A stretch of DNA of 37,613 bases. It comes from a virus. The notes beneath the pieces were generated by a model. The model did no database searches, was not told where the DNA came from, and saw nothing but the letters and a program-made list of their open reading frames with translations. The DNA lies in the IMG/VR virus record IMGVR_UViG_3300045988_014133, positions 1 to 37,613 of that record; one strand, given 5' to 3'. The translations under genes were made by a program, and so were the position numbers. This document shows, one piece after another, positions 7,057 to 14,054 of this stretch (within the stretch, counting starts at the first letter, position 1; every line of letters begins with the position of its first letter).

Positions 7057-7620
7057 ATGAAGGTGGAAATTCACGAAATATTGAAATTCGTACGGCAAAA
7101 GTCGAAGAAATCACAAGAAGAACTAGCATTTCTATTGCAGGTAGACGTTAAGACAATTCGGAAGTGGGAGACCGGAAAAAGTGAGCCGCCGTGTTCAAAG
7201 GTTGTCGAATGGTTCCGGGGCGTTGGCATGAACCCAATACCTTATTTGCTTGTGTACGCATATCCTAATGATTTCAAATTGGAAGAAATGCAGGATGCAG
7301 ACAAGATAGCAAAGCTCTATGAACTCATCACCGAGAACTTGACCATCGAGGATAAGAAGGCATTGGTTCAGATATTTTCGGGAATGCACGGGTCAAGTCC
7401 ATCTTCCGTGATTCAACTCATGTTGGCACATTTGAGCAACCCATTGTTGGAGCGAATTTATGTTGCAGAATTTATACTGGAGCAGTACAGATTCAACCAT
7501 ATGAACGATGAAGAGAACTACCATCCAAACATAGAAATGCTGGAGCGGGCAGTGCAGGCAGCCAAAGACGCCGTCGAGAAGGGCGATGAAGGCTACATGA
7601 ATACTATGGATGATATGTAA
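7057..7620 (+). CDS. XRE-family HTH protein with a ~120-aa C-terminal domain of unknown function
   Basis: GGAGGTG lies 6 nt before ATG 7057. The HTH is KSQEELAFLLQVDVKTIRKWETGKSEP. It is the last gene before attP. Confidence 0.75.
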   Translation: MKVEIHEILKFVRQKSKKSQEELAFLLQVDVKTIRKWETGKSEPPCSKVVEWFRGVGMNPIPYLLVYAYPNDFKLEEMQDADKIAKLYELITENLTIEDKKALVQIFSGMHGSSPSSVIQLMLAHLSNPLLERIYVAEFILEQYRFNHMNDEENYHPNIEMLERAVQAAKDAVEKGDEGYMNTMDDM

Positions 7621-7651
7621 CATGAGTGTAACATTATTCTTCTATGTAACA
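7616..7651 (+). promoter_or_regulatory. Three direct TGTAACA repeats (candidate integrase arm-type sites, P arm)
   Basis: TGTAACA occurs at 7616-7622, 7627-7633 and 7645-7651. A fourth copy at 7823-7829 lies on the other side of the core. Confidence 0.4.
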
Positions 7652-7730
7652 GTATGCACCAGTATGTATTAGTTGCAACAACTGTTGAAAAGTAAGGGTT
7701 TTATGCAATCAGTGCATACTAGCGTATACT
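7651..7730. repeat. Inverted pairs of AGTAT(G/A) motifs upstream of the att core
   Basis: AGTATGCAC (7651-7659) is the exact reverse complement of GTGCATACT (7712-7720). Adjacent to these are AGTATGTA (7661-7668) and CGTATACT (7723-7730). Confidence 0.5.
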
Positions 7731-7738
7731 AGGGTGTC

Positions 7739-7764
7739 GGGTTCGACTCCCACCATCTCCACCA
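7739..7764 (+). other. attP core: 3'-terminal fragment of an ssrA (tmRNA) or tRNA-Ala-type gene
   Basis: GGGTTCGACTCCCACCATCTCCACCA holds a T-loop, a T-stem 3' strand, a 7-nt acceptor strand, discriminator A and an encoded CCA. It is very close to the Bacillus-type tmRNA 3' end. The 5' T-stem partner upstream does not pair, so this is a fragment and not a gene. Confidence 0.7.
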
Positions 7765-7770
7765 ACAAAA

Positions 7771-7802
7771 GCCTTGAAGCAATTGAGTTTCAAGGCTTTT
7801 TT
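7771..7802 (+). terminator. Rho-independent terminator supplied by the phage for the reconstituted host RNA gene
   Basis: The stem GCCTTGAA / TTCAAGGC has 8 bp and a 10-nt loop. It is followed by TTTTTT. Confidence 0.8.
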
Positions 7803-7822
7803 ATTTTGATAAGTAACGTATG

Positions 7823-7829
7823 TGTAACA
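7823..7829 (+). promoter_or_regulatory. Fourth TGTAACA repeat (P' arm side)
   Basis: It has the same orientation as the three copies at 7616-7651. It lies between the terminator and the integrase stop. Confidence 0.35.
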
Positions 7830-7845
7830 TTTTGAAATTTTATGC

Positions 7846-8967
7846 CTACTTTTCCACAGATTTTGAGAACATTTCGCCCAATGCGGAAGCTAGTTTATCT
7901 TCTTCCTCTTTCTTCTCGAAGAGATGCGTATAAATTCCGAGTGTCGTTGAAACATTAGCGTGACCCATGCGCTTTGAAACGGTTGCGGGGTCAGCGCCCA
8001 TTGAAATGCAGATGGAAGCGTACGTGTGACGGAGAGCATGAAAGGTAATCGGTTCAAGTCCGATGCGCTCCATGTAACGACTCAATCTTTTGGCGCACTG
8101 TTCCGGGTGGAAAGCTTCACCATTTTGTTCTTTAATTAGGTAGTCCGAATCGGTCCACAACGGACCGAGCTTCAATTTTTGCTCTATGTGATGTTTTCGG
8201 AGAGCCTTCACATCACGAATAACTGGCGCCGGAAGGATGCACAAGCGTTCACCGGAGGACGTTTTGGTATCCTTCACGAATTCGTTTCCTATCCGGTGCA
8301 TATATCTAGTGCGCTTGATAAAGAATCTTCCATCATCCGGTATTTCATCTTCCAGTATCCCCATTATCTCCCCACGACGAAGAGAGCCGAAAAGAGCCAG
8401 CTCAAAACAGACCCTTTGGTCAAGTGGGATTTCGTCAAGGTGGGAACAGAACACGGTGAAGTCTTCCGGCGAAAGTATCTGAATTTCTTTTTTCTTGTTT
8501 GATGGAAGTATAACATCATGACATGGATTGCTTTTCAAGAGTTCCCAGTTAACCGCAATCGAACAGCAAAGGCGGAGGATGGAATAGGTATCTTTCACGG
8601 TTTTCGGGGATAAATTCACCGATAAATCATCTATCCACGCTTGAATGGTCCGAGGCGTTAATTTAAGCAAATCTAGCGTTCCTATGGTGGTATCAATCCT
8701 CTTAAGTGCAGCGTTATATCCGTAAATGGTATTTTGAGATTTGTTATTGATAACCTGATTCCATACGGCGCTACACATATCCGACACTGTTTTACATTGC
8801 GAGGACACGACGGAAATTGACTCAACCCACTTATCTATTTGAGCGTTAAGGTCCTTTTTCGATGTGGCATGAAACACTTTTGATTTCTGCTTTCTTTTCC
8901 CGGTATAGTCCGGCTCTAAGTCTACCCATACCCTATATTTATTCCGCTCTAACTGCTTGATATGCAT
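7846..8967 (-). CDS. int: Tyrosine recombinase / phage integrase
   Basis: The 373-aa protein has a catalytic region LRRGEI ... HALRHTYASICISMGADPATVSKRMGHANVSTTLGIYTHLF (R..HxxR..Y). It is adjacent to attP. Confidence 0.95.
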   Translation of the reverse strand: MHIKQLERNKYRVWVDLEPDYTGKRKQKSKVFHATSKKDLNAQIDKWVESISVVSSQCKTVSDMCSAVWNQVINNKSQNTIYGYNAALKRIDTTIGTLDLLKLTPRTIQAWIDDLSVNLSPKTVKDTYSILRLCCSIAVNWELLKSNPCHDVILPSNKKKEIQILSPEDFTVFCSHLDEIPLDQRVCFELALFGSLRRGEIMGILEDEIPDDGRFFIKRTRYMHRIGNEFVKDTKTSSGERLCILPAPVIRDVKALRKHHIEQKLKLGPLWTDSDYLIKEQNGEAFHPEQCAKRLSRYMERIGLEPITFHALRHTYASICISMGADPATVSKRMGHANVSTTLGIYTHLFEKKEEEDKLASALGEMFSKSVEK

Positions 8968-8971
8968 AACA

Positions 8972-9379
8972 TCACTTCCTTTGACCGACTATAAAATCAA
9001 GCTGCTTATCCATATAGTCAACTTCTGAATCGTCTAAGTTGGAGGCTTTTATCTTTGCGCAAAGGTCGTTAGATGAGCTTTGCATTTCGACTAAAGCCTT
9101 AAACTCGGGATTGTCGGAATCAAGAATATAGTCGATGTAATATTCCTTATTGAGTCCGTCCGGAATATCCGCTTCCGTGAACCCGGCGAGGTAAGCAGGG
9201 TTCACATCTAAAACCTGTGCAAATTTCGCAACCTTATCACGTGGAATATCTCGTTCCCCTTTTTCGATTTTATTGATAGTAGACCTAGAACTATAACCGA
9301 CAAGCCGCCCCAATTCTGCCTGTGATAATCCTAGCCGCTCTCTTTCTTTTTTTATTCTCTTGCCTATATTATCCATCAT
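8972..9379 (-). CDS. CI-like lysogeny repressor (XRE HTH)
   Basis: The HTH is LSQAELGRLVGYSSRSTINKIEKGERDIP. It lies upstream of int in the same orientation and diverges from the early lytic genes. Confidence 0.85.
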   Translation of the reverse strand: MMDNIGKRIKKERERLGLSQAELGRLVGYSSRSTINKIEKGERDIPRDKVAKFAQVLDVNPAYLAGFTEADIPDGLNKEYYIDYILDSDNPEFKALVEMQSSSNDLCAKIKASNLDDSEVDYMDKQLDFIVGQRK

Positions 9380-9458
9380 AAACGCCTCACTTTCTGTTAG
9401 TTCTTATTGATATAGTACCATAAAGTTAAACAAAAATTAAATAATAATTAAAATAATG

Positions 9459-9487
9459 TTGACATGGAGTCGACATAGTGCTAATAT
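9459..9487 (+). promoter_or_regulatory. Early rightward promoter (TTGACA-17 nt-TGcTAATAT)
   Basis: TTGACA is at 9459-9464 and TAATAT at 9482-9487, with an extended -10 TG at 9479-9480. It lies in the 143-bp divergent switch region. Confidence 0.6.
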
Positions 9488-9522
9488 AGACGTAGGCTAA
9501 AAGTCTACGAAAGGAGGGAATC

Positions 9523-9729
9523 ATGACCGACAAGCAGAAGTTTGATGAGCGTGTTCAGGAGTGCGGCTACAGAATGGAATATGTGGCGGAGCGACTCGGG
9601 ATTACCGTTCAAGCCTTATATAACAAGCGTTGCGGAACTAGAAGCTTCACGGCTCCGGAAATCAAGACGTTATGTGAGCTGTTGTCAATCGATACGATGG
9701 CAGAAATGCGTGATATTTTTTTGTGCTAA
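9523..9729 (+). CDS. Cro-like / small HTH early regulator
   Basis: It has an AAAGGAGGG RBS and is the first rightward gene opposite the repressor. The HTH is MEYVAERLGITVQALYNKRCG. Confidence 0.7.
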   Translation: MTDKQKFDERVQECGYRMEYVAERLGITVQALYNKRCGTRSFTAPEIKTLCELLSIDTMAEMRDIFLC

Positions 9730-9762
9730 GTGTTGACAAATAGCCAACGAAAGGAGGGCAAT

Positions 9763-9954
9763 ATGTACGGATTCGTAACGGTACCGGAATTCAGTGTGTT
9801 GATGGGCATCAGCACAGACACGGTATACCGGCTAGTCAAGAATGATGCAATCCCTTACTACAAGGTCGGGCGGAACATCAGAATCAGAATTGACGATTTC
9901 AGAAAGGGGCGTGAAACAGACTATGAAGAATTCCAAATTCTGGAAGAAGATTAA
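9763..9954 (+). CDS. xis: Excisionase-family (MerR-like HTH_17) DNA-binding protein
   Basis: AAAGGAGGG precedes ATG 9763. The pattern VTVPEFSVLMGISTDTVYRLVKNDAIPYYKVGRNIRI is typical of excisionase-family HTH proteins. Confidence 0.65.
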   Translation: MYGFVTVPEFSVLMGISTDTVYRLVKNDAIPYYKVGRNIRIRIDDFRKGRETDYEEFQILEED

Positions 9955-10072
9955 GGCGTTCCTCGAAGATGAAGCGGCTGAGGAGTACAACGGCGACACG
10001 CTGGGAATGTACATCGGAGGCACGATAGGAACACTGCTCATGGTAGCAATGATTTTAATAGGAGGTATGTAA
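9923..10072 (+). CDS. Small C-terminally membrane-anchored protein (49 aa)
   Basis: The internal ATG 9923 of track ORF 9842..10072 gives MKNSKFWKKIKAFLEDEAAEEYNGDTLGMYIGGTIGTLLMVAMILIGGM. The RBS is weak. Confidence 0.4.
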   Translation: MKNSKFWKKIKAFLEDEAAEEYNGDTLGMYIGGTIGTLLMVAMILIGGM

Positions 10073-10073
10073 G

Positions 10074-10295
10074 ATGAAAATTCACAAGGAAATCGTATGG
10101 AACAAGGGTGATAATCCAAAGAAGGATGGCGAATATCTGTTTATCCAGTTCTGGAGTGATGGTTCGGTCACGTATGCGGCAAAGCTTGACTACACAGTCT
10201 TGCATGGATGGAACACACACTCCGACGAATACGAACATTCATTTGGGCAGACACCGAACAACGGAGATTACGCATGGGCAGAATTGCCTTTCTAA
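10074..10295 (+). CDS. Hypothetical protein (73 aa)
   Basis: AGGAGG lies 8 nt upstream. It is tightly packed in the early operon. Confidence 0.65.
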   Translation: MKIHKEIVWNKGDNPKKDGEYLFIQFWSDGSVTYAAKLDYTVLHGWNTHSDEYEHSFGQTPNNGDYAWAELPF

Positions 10296-10366
10296 AGCGA
10301 AAAGCCCATGCCGAAGCATGGACTAATCAAAACAACCAACTGTATTGTATCACAAGGAGAACAAAA

Positions 10367-10591
10367 ATGAAATACGAATGCGAAAACTGCGGAGCCTTTT
10401 ACTCCGACGAAGACGTCACCGAGGAGGGCGAAATGAGAGAAGACTACCTCGGAGTCAGATTCTGGGCAACTTTCCATTATTGCCCTTGCTGTGGCGAGGA
10501 AGTAATCACGGATGAGGACTACGAAGAAACTGAGACCATTGAGGATATTAACAAGTCGCTGTATAGCGAATGGATGAGACAAGCACTTTAG
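10367..10591 (+). CDS. Acidic zinc-ribbon protein (74 aa)
   Basis: AAGGAG precedes ATG 10367. It has CENC ... CPCC cysteine pairs and a very acidic composition. Confidence 0.6.
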   Translation: MKYECENCGAFYSDEDVTEEGEMREDYLGVRFWATFHYCPCCGEEVITDEDYEETETIEDINKSLYSEWMRQAL

Positions 10592-10600
10592 GAGGTAGAA

Positions 10601-11308
10601 ATGGAACTGAAATTCAGAAAGCTTAGAGCAGATGAAATCGATTGCCGAGTCCAAAATATTAAGCAGAACGGCTTGTCGCTGCTTCTGTACAAGGACGCAC
10701 GCTGCGACCAAAACATCCTTGACGAGACCGTCGGGGCGATGAATTGGCAACGGCACCATAGCAGAGACAACGCCAACTGCATCGTGTCCATTTGGGACAG
10801 CGAAAAGAACCAGTGGGTTGAGAAAGAGGACACGGGCAAGGAAAGCCGAACTGAGAAAGAGAAGGGGTTGGCTTCCGACAGCTTCAAGCGTGCCTGCTTC
10901 AACTGGGGAATCGGTCGAGAGCTGTACACGGCGCCCTTCATCTGGATTCATGCGGACGACTGTAACATCAAGGACGGTAAGTGCACTGACCGATTCAGGG
11001 TCACGAAGATTGACTACACCGGCGACAGAATCACGGAGCTGGTAATCTACAACCCCAAGACACGGGCGGTTTGCTTCCGAATGGGTAACCCGACTAACGA
11101 GCCTAGCGAACCGGAAGAACCGAGCATTGCGAACGAACGAATCAAGCCGCATGAGGCAAGAGTGATTAAGCGGATGCTTGAAGAGTCCGAATCGGACATT
11201 GACAGCTTCCTAGGCTATTACAACGTGGAAAAGGTCGAGGACATGACAGAGGCTGACTATGTGGATGCCAGCCGGAAGTTGAACAAGAAGCTGGAGGGCA
11301 AGCGATGA
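10601..11308 (+). CDS. Rad52-like single-strand annealing protein (Sak type)
   Basis: It has an AGGAGG RBS. The motifs YKDARCDQNILDETVGAMNWQ and KGLASDSFKRACFNWGIGRELY are characteristic of Rad52/Sak SSAPs. Confidence 0.75.
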   Translation: MELKFRKLRADEIDCRVQNIKQNGLSLLLYKDARCDQNILDETVGAMNWQRHHSRDNANCIVSIWDSEKNQWVEKEDTGKESRTEKEKGLASDSFKRACFNWGIGRELYTAPFIWIHADDCNIKDGKCTDRFRVTKIDYTGDRITELVIYNPKTRAVCFRMGNPTNEPSEPEEPSIANERIKPHEARVIKRMLEESESDIDSFLGYYNVEKVEDMTEADYVDASRKLNKKLEGKR

Positions 11309-11595
11309 AGTCAATCATGCAGGGGCAAAAACGTTGCCTGATATGCAGAAGTCCATACGTGGAGAAGCACCACGTGTTCGGAGCAGCAAACCGGAAGAAT
11401 TCCGAAAAGTACGGATTGACAGTTTGGCTTTGCCACAAGCACCACAACGAACCGCCGGAAGGAGTTCACTTCAACCGGCGGTTCATGGACGAACTGCACG
11501 AATGGGGTCAGAAACAGTTTGAAACCTATTATCCGGCGGAAAATTTCACCGCCATATTCGGTAAAAACTACGTGAGGTCTGCCGATGAAGATTAA
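11305..11595 (+). CDS. Zinc-binding HNH-like protein (CxxC...HH...CxxHH)
   Basis: The ATGA overlaps the SSAP stop. The relevant stretch is CLICRSPYVEKHHVFGAANRKNSEKYGLTVWLCHKHHNEPPEGVH. Confidence 0.45.
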   Translation: MKSIMQGQKRCLICRSPYVEKHHVFGAANRKNSEKYGLTVWLCHKHHNEPPEGVHFNRRFMDELHEWGQKQFETYYPAENFTAIFGKNYVRSADED

Positions 11596-12127
11596 AGATA
11601 TCAAACTAGAGAACTCACTATGGTCTGCTCAACTGACCATAGTGAGCGATGACCGGCAGGAGCTGGAGCGAATATTCGAGAATGCCGGAAAGGTGGACCC
11701 GGAAAAAGAGTACACGGTGAAAATCGAACCGAGACGGAAGAAGCGCACATTGGATGCCAACGCTTACATGTGGCAACTTCTGAACAAACTCGCTGAGAAG
11801 GTCCAAAACAGCCCCGTAGAGCTATACAAGTGGTTCGTCCGACAATATGGTCAATACTACGTAATTCCAGTCAGAGCGGATGCGAAAAGCGCCTTTTCGG
11901 ACGTGTGGAGCAGCCACGGGATAGCGTGGTTCTGTGATGATATCGGACCGTGCAAAAAAACGCTGGGATATCACAACCTAAGAGCGTTTTACGGAACGAG
12001 CGAATACGACACAAAAGCGATGGCACGACTGATAGATGAAGTCGTGGAAGAATGCAAGGCTCAAGGCATCGAAACCATGAGCAAAAGGGAACTTGATAAT
12101 TTGATAGGAGGTCAAAAGAATGAATAA
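11585..12127 (+). CDS. NinB/Orf-like recombination mediator
   Basis: RTLDANAYMWQLL and YGTSEYDTKAMARLIDEVVEECKAQGIE parallel lambda NinB (RSLDQNRKLWACL ... STSRM..EF..LLE). It lies between the SSAP and SSB. Confidence 0.6.
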   Translation: MKIKDIKLENSLWSAQLTIVSDDRQELERIFENAGKVDPEKEYTVKIEPRRKKRTLDANAYMWQLLNKLAEKVQNSPVELYKWFVRQYGQYYVIPVRADAKSAFSDVWSSHGIAWFCDDIGPCKKTLGYHNLRAFYGTSEYDTKAMARLIDEVVEECKAQGIETMSKRELDNLIGGQKNE

Positions 12128-12521
12128 CGTAGTACTTATCGGACGGTTGACAAAGGACCCGGAGCTTGCCTACGGCGGTCAGAACAGAGACATTGCAGTA
12201 TGCCGCTTCACACTGGCGGTGGACAGACCTACACAGGGCAAGGCGGCGGATTTTATTCGAATCGTTGTATTCCGGAAGCAGGCAGAGAACGCCCACCAGT
12301 ACCTTGCAAAGGGCAGACAGTGCGCCGTCGAGGGGCGGATTCAGACCGGAAGCTATAAGGACCGGGAAGGAAAGACGGTGTATACAACCGACGTTGTCGC
12401 AAACAGGGTGCAGTTCCTTGGTTCGAACGGTTCCAGCGGTCAGCAGAAGCCACAGGGACAGCCCGAATTCGAACCGGTCCCGGATGCATTCGTGAACTGC
12501 GATGATGATATCCCGTTTTAG
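12120..12521 (+). CDS. ssb: Single-stranded DNA-binding protein
   Basis: It starts MNNVVLIGRLTKDPEL and has an OB-fold core. It continues with a G/Q/P-rich linker and an acidic DDDIPF tip. Confidence 0.95.
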   Translation: MNNVVLIGRLTKDPELAYGGQNRDIAVCRFTLAVDRPTQGKAADFIRIVVFRKQAENAHQYLAKGRQCAVEGRIQTGSYKDREGKTVYTTDVVANRVQFLGSNGSSGQQKPQGQPEFEPVPDAFVNCDDDIPF

Positions 12522-12531
12522 GAGGTGAACA

Positions 12532-13278
12532 ATGGCAGAAAGAAGAATGTTTTCGAAGCGAGTAGTCGGAAGCGCTAGATTCCTTAAGATGCCAATCTCA
12601 ACTCAGTGTCTATACTTCCACCTTGGGCTTAACGCTGACGACGACGGAATCGTGGAGGCGTACACAACAATCAAACAGATTGGAGCGACGGAAGATGACT
12701 TGAAGGTGCTTGTGGCAAAGGGTTTTTGCAAGGTGTTGAACGAGGACCTTGTGACCTACATCACCGACTGGCGAGAAAATAACAAGCTGCGAGCAGACCG
12801 GAAGATAGACAGCATTTACAAAGACTTGCTGCTGCAGATGGTACCGGATGCGGATGTGCAGCAGGCACGCCGTAGGGCAGACCTTAAACCGCTTGCAGAA
12901 GGTGGACGTCCAGCGGACGTCCAAGTGGCGTCCCATGGACCGCATAGGTTAGGTAAGGGTAGGTTAGATAAGGATAGTATAGATAAGGATAGTTATCACA
13001 CACACATAGGCGGGAAGCTGAAATGTGGAAAACTCAATAATGTCTATCTGACACAAGAACAATTGGACGAGCTGAACAGATTGATACCGTCTCAAGCGCA
13101 AAAGTATATCGACAAATTCGGTTGGTATAAGTCTATCAAGAATATCGAATCCTACGACGATTACGCTTGGATTCGTGGCTGGATGGATGAGGACGAAGCC
13201 ATCGCCAAAGAACGCCGGAAGCAGGAAGCGGAACGCTGGGATGCCATCGTCGAGGAGGAAGCCAATGAAAAGCTATAA
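12532..13278 (+). CDS. Replisome organizer (Phage_rep_org_N-type)
   Basis: The N-terminus RRMFSKRVVGSARFLKMPISTQCLYFHLGLNADDDGIVE is typical of the family. Iterons lie inside the gene. Confidence 0.8.
   Translation: MAERRMFSKRVVGSARFLKMPISTQCLYFHLGLNADDDGIVEAYTTIKQIGATEDDLKVLVAKGFCKVLNEDLVTYITDWRENNKLRADRKIDSIYKDLLLQMVPDADVQQARRRADLKPLAEGGRPADVQVASHGPHRLGKGRLDKDSIDKDSYHTHIGGKLKCGKLNNVYLTQEQLDELNRLIPSQAQKYIDKFGWYKSIKNIESYDDYAWIRGWMDEDEAIAKERRKQEAERWDAIVEEEANEKL
12904..12993. repeat. Iteron cluster (putative replication origin) inside the replisome organizer gene
   Basis: GGACGTCCA occurs twice (12904-12912, 12914-12922) and TAGGTTAG twice (12945-12952, 12960-12967). AGATAAGGATAGT occurs twice with 15-bp spacing (12966-12978, 12981-12993). 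Confidence 0.6.
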
Positions 13279-13462
13279 CCCGACCTACGGACTGTGGAAC
13301 GATGGCGAGGACGAAGTCAAAAGCAGCAAAAAGTACGGCGCTAGAGCCCTCGACACGAGCGTGGAAGAAGCAGGCAGAGCGAACAGGGTGCACGAATGCA
13401 TCACTTATCATGCCGATAAGGAGCTGCTCAAGAAGGGAATCATCCGAAAGGTGGATGAATAA
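13265..13462 (+). CDS. Hypothetical protein (65 aa)
   Basis: GAGGAGGAAG precedes ATG 13265. It overlaps the end of the organizer gene. Confidence 0.55.
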   Translation: MKSYNPTYGLWNDGEDEVKSSKKYGARALDTSVEEAGRANRVHECITYHADKELLKKGIIRKVDE

Positions 13463-13523
13463 ATCAGTATAAGTTATTTCTACATAAAACAAAAAATCGG
13501 TTATTTTTCAAAGGTTGACAAGT

Positions 13524-13542
13524 CCCGCCCTTCATGGGCGGG
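13524..13542 (+). promoter_or_regulatory. GC-rich stem-loop immediately upstream of the gp157-like gene RBS
   Basis: The stem CCCGCCC / GGGCGGG has the loop TTCAT. There is no T-tract, and the SD AAGGAGG starts 3 nt downstream. Confidence 0.4.
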
Positions 13543-13560
13543 CAAAGGAGGAAGAGTAGG

Positions 13561-14034
13561 ATGGCAACACTGTACGAACTGGCAGAAGAACTGGCAAACT
13601 TTGAACTTGAAATTGACGAAGATACCGGGGAGGTATTGAACCTTGCGGACCTCGACAAGGTCGAGATGGAGTTTAAGACGAAGGTGGAAGGTATCTGCCT
13701 CTGGATTAAGAACCTTAAGGCGGACGCTTTGGCATACAAGGCAGAAAAAGACAGCTTCACGAGGAAGCAGAGGGAAGCCGAGAAGAAAGCGGAGTCGCTG
13801 AGCCGATACGTGCAGGGCGTTCTCAGAGGTGAGAAGTTCAAAACGAATCGTGTGGCGGTCAGCTATAGGAAGTCCGAGGTGGTGGAGTGCTCCGACTTGT
13901 CAAAGGTAAGCGAGCAGTTCCTCAGGTTCAAGGACCCGGAGCTTGACAAGACCGCCGTAAAGAAGGCGCTGAAAAATGGTGAAACGGTAGAAGGCTGCTC
14001 TCTCGTTGAGAAGCAGAACATGACAATCAGATAG
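13561..14034 (+). CDS. Siphovirus Gp157-family protein
   Basis: It begins MATLYELAEEL, followed by an acidic region. Further on it has VEGICLWIKNLKADALAYKAEKDSFTRKQREAEKKAESL and a C-terminal DKTAVKKALKNGETVEGCSL, which matches the Gp157 pattern. Confidence 0.7.
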   Translation: MATLYELAEELANFELEIDEDTGEVLNLADLDKVEMEFKTKVEGICLWIKNLKADALAYKAEKDSFTRKQREAEKKAESLSRYVQGVLRGEKFKTNRVAVSYRKSEVVECSDLSKVSEQFLRFKDPELDKTAVKKALKNGETVEGCSLVEKQNMTIR

Positions 14035-14054
14035 AGACTGGGAAGGAGAAAGCA

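Noticed and set aside
7700-7764. A complete tRNA or tmRNA gene
   Set aside because: Only the T-loop, T-stem 3' strand, acceptor 3' strand and CCA are present. The sequence upstream (GTGTC before GGG) cannot pair with CCCAC, and there is no D-arm, anticodon arm or tmRNA body. It is an att-site fragment.
10292-11152. 286-aa minus-strand ORF across the early region
   Set aside because: It is antisense to the well-supported zinc-ribbon and Rad52-like genes. It has no SD and its composition is R/S/L/V-rich, typical of an off-frame translation.
13515-13520. TTGACA as a -35 element of a promoter for the Gp157-family gene
   Set aside because: The sequence 17 nt downstream is GCGGGC inside the GC hairpin, so no -10 element is present.
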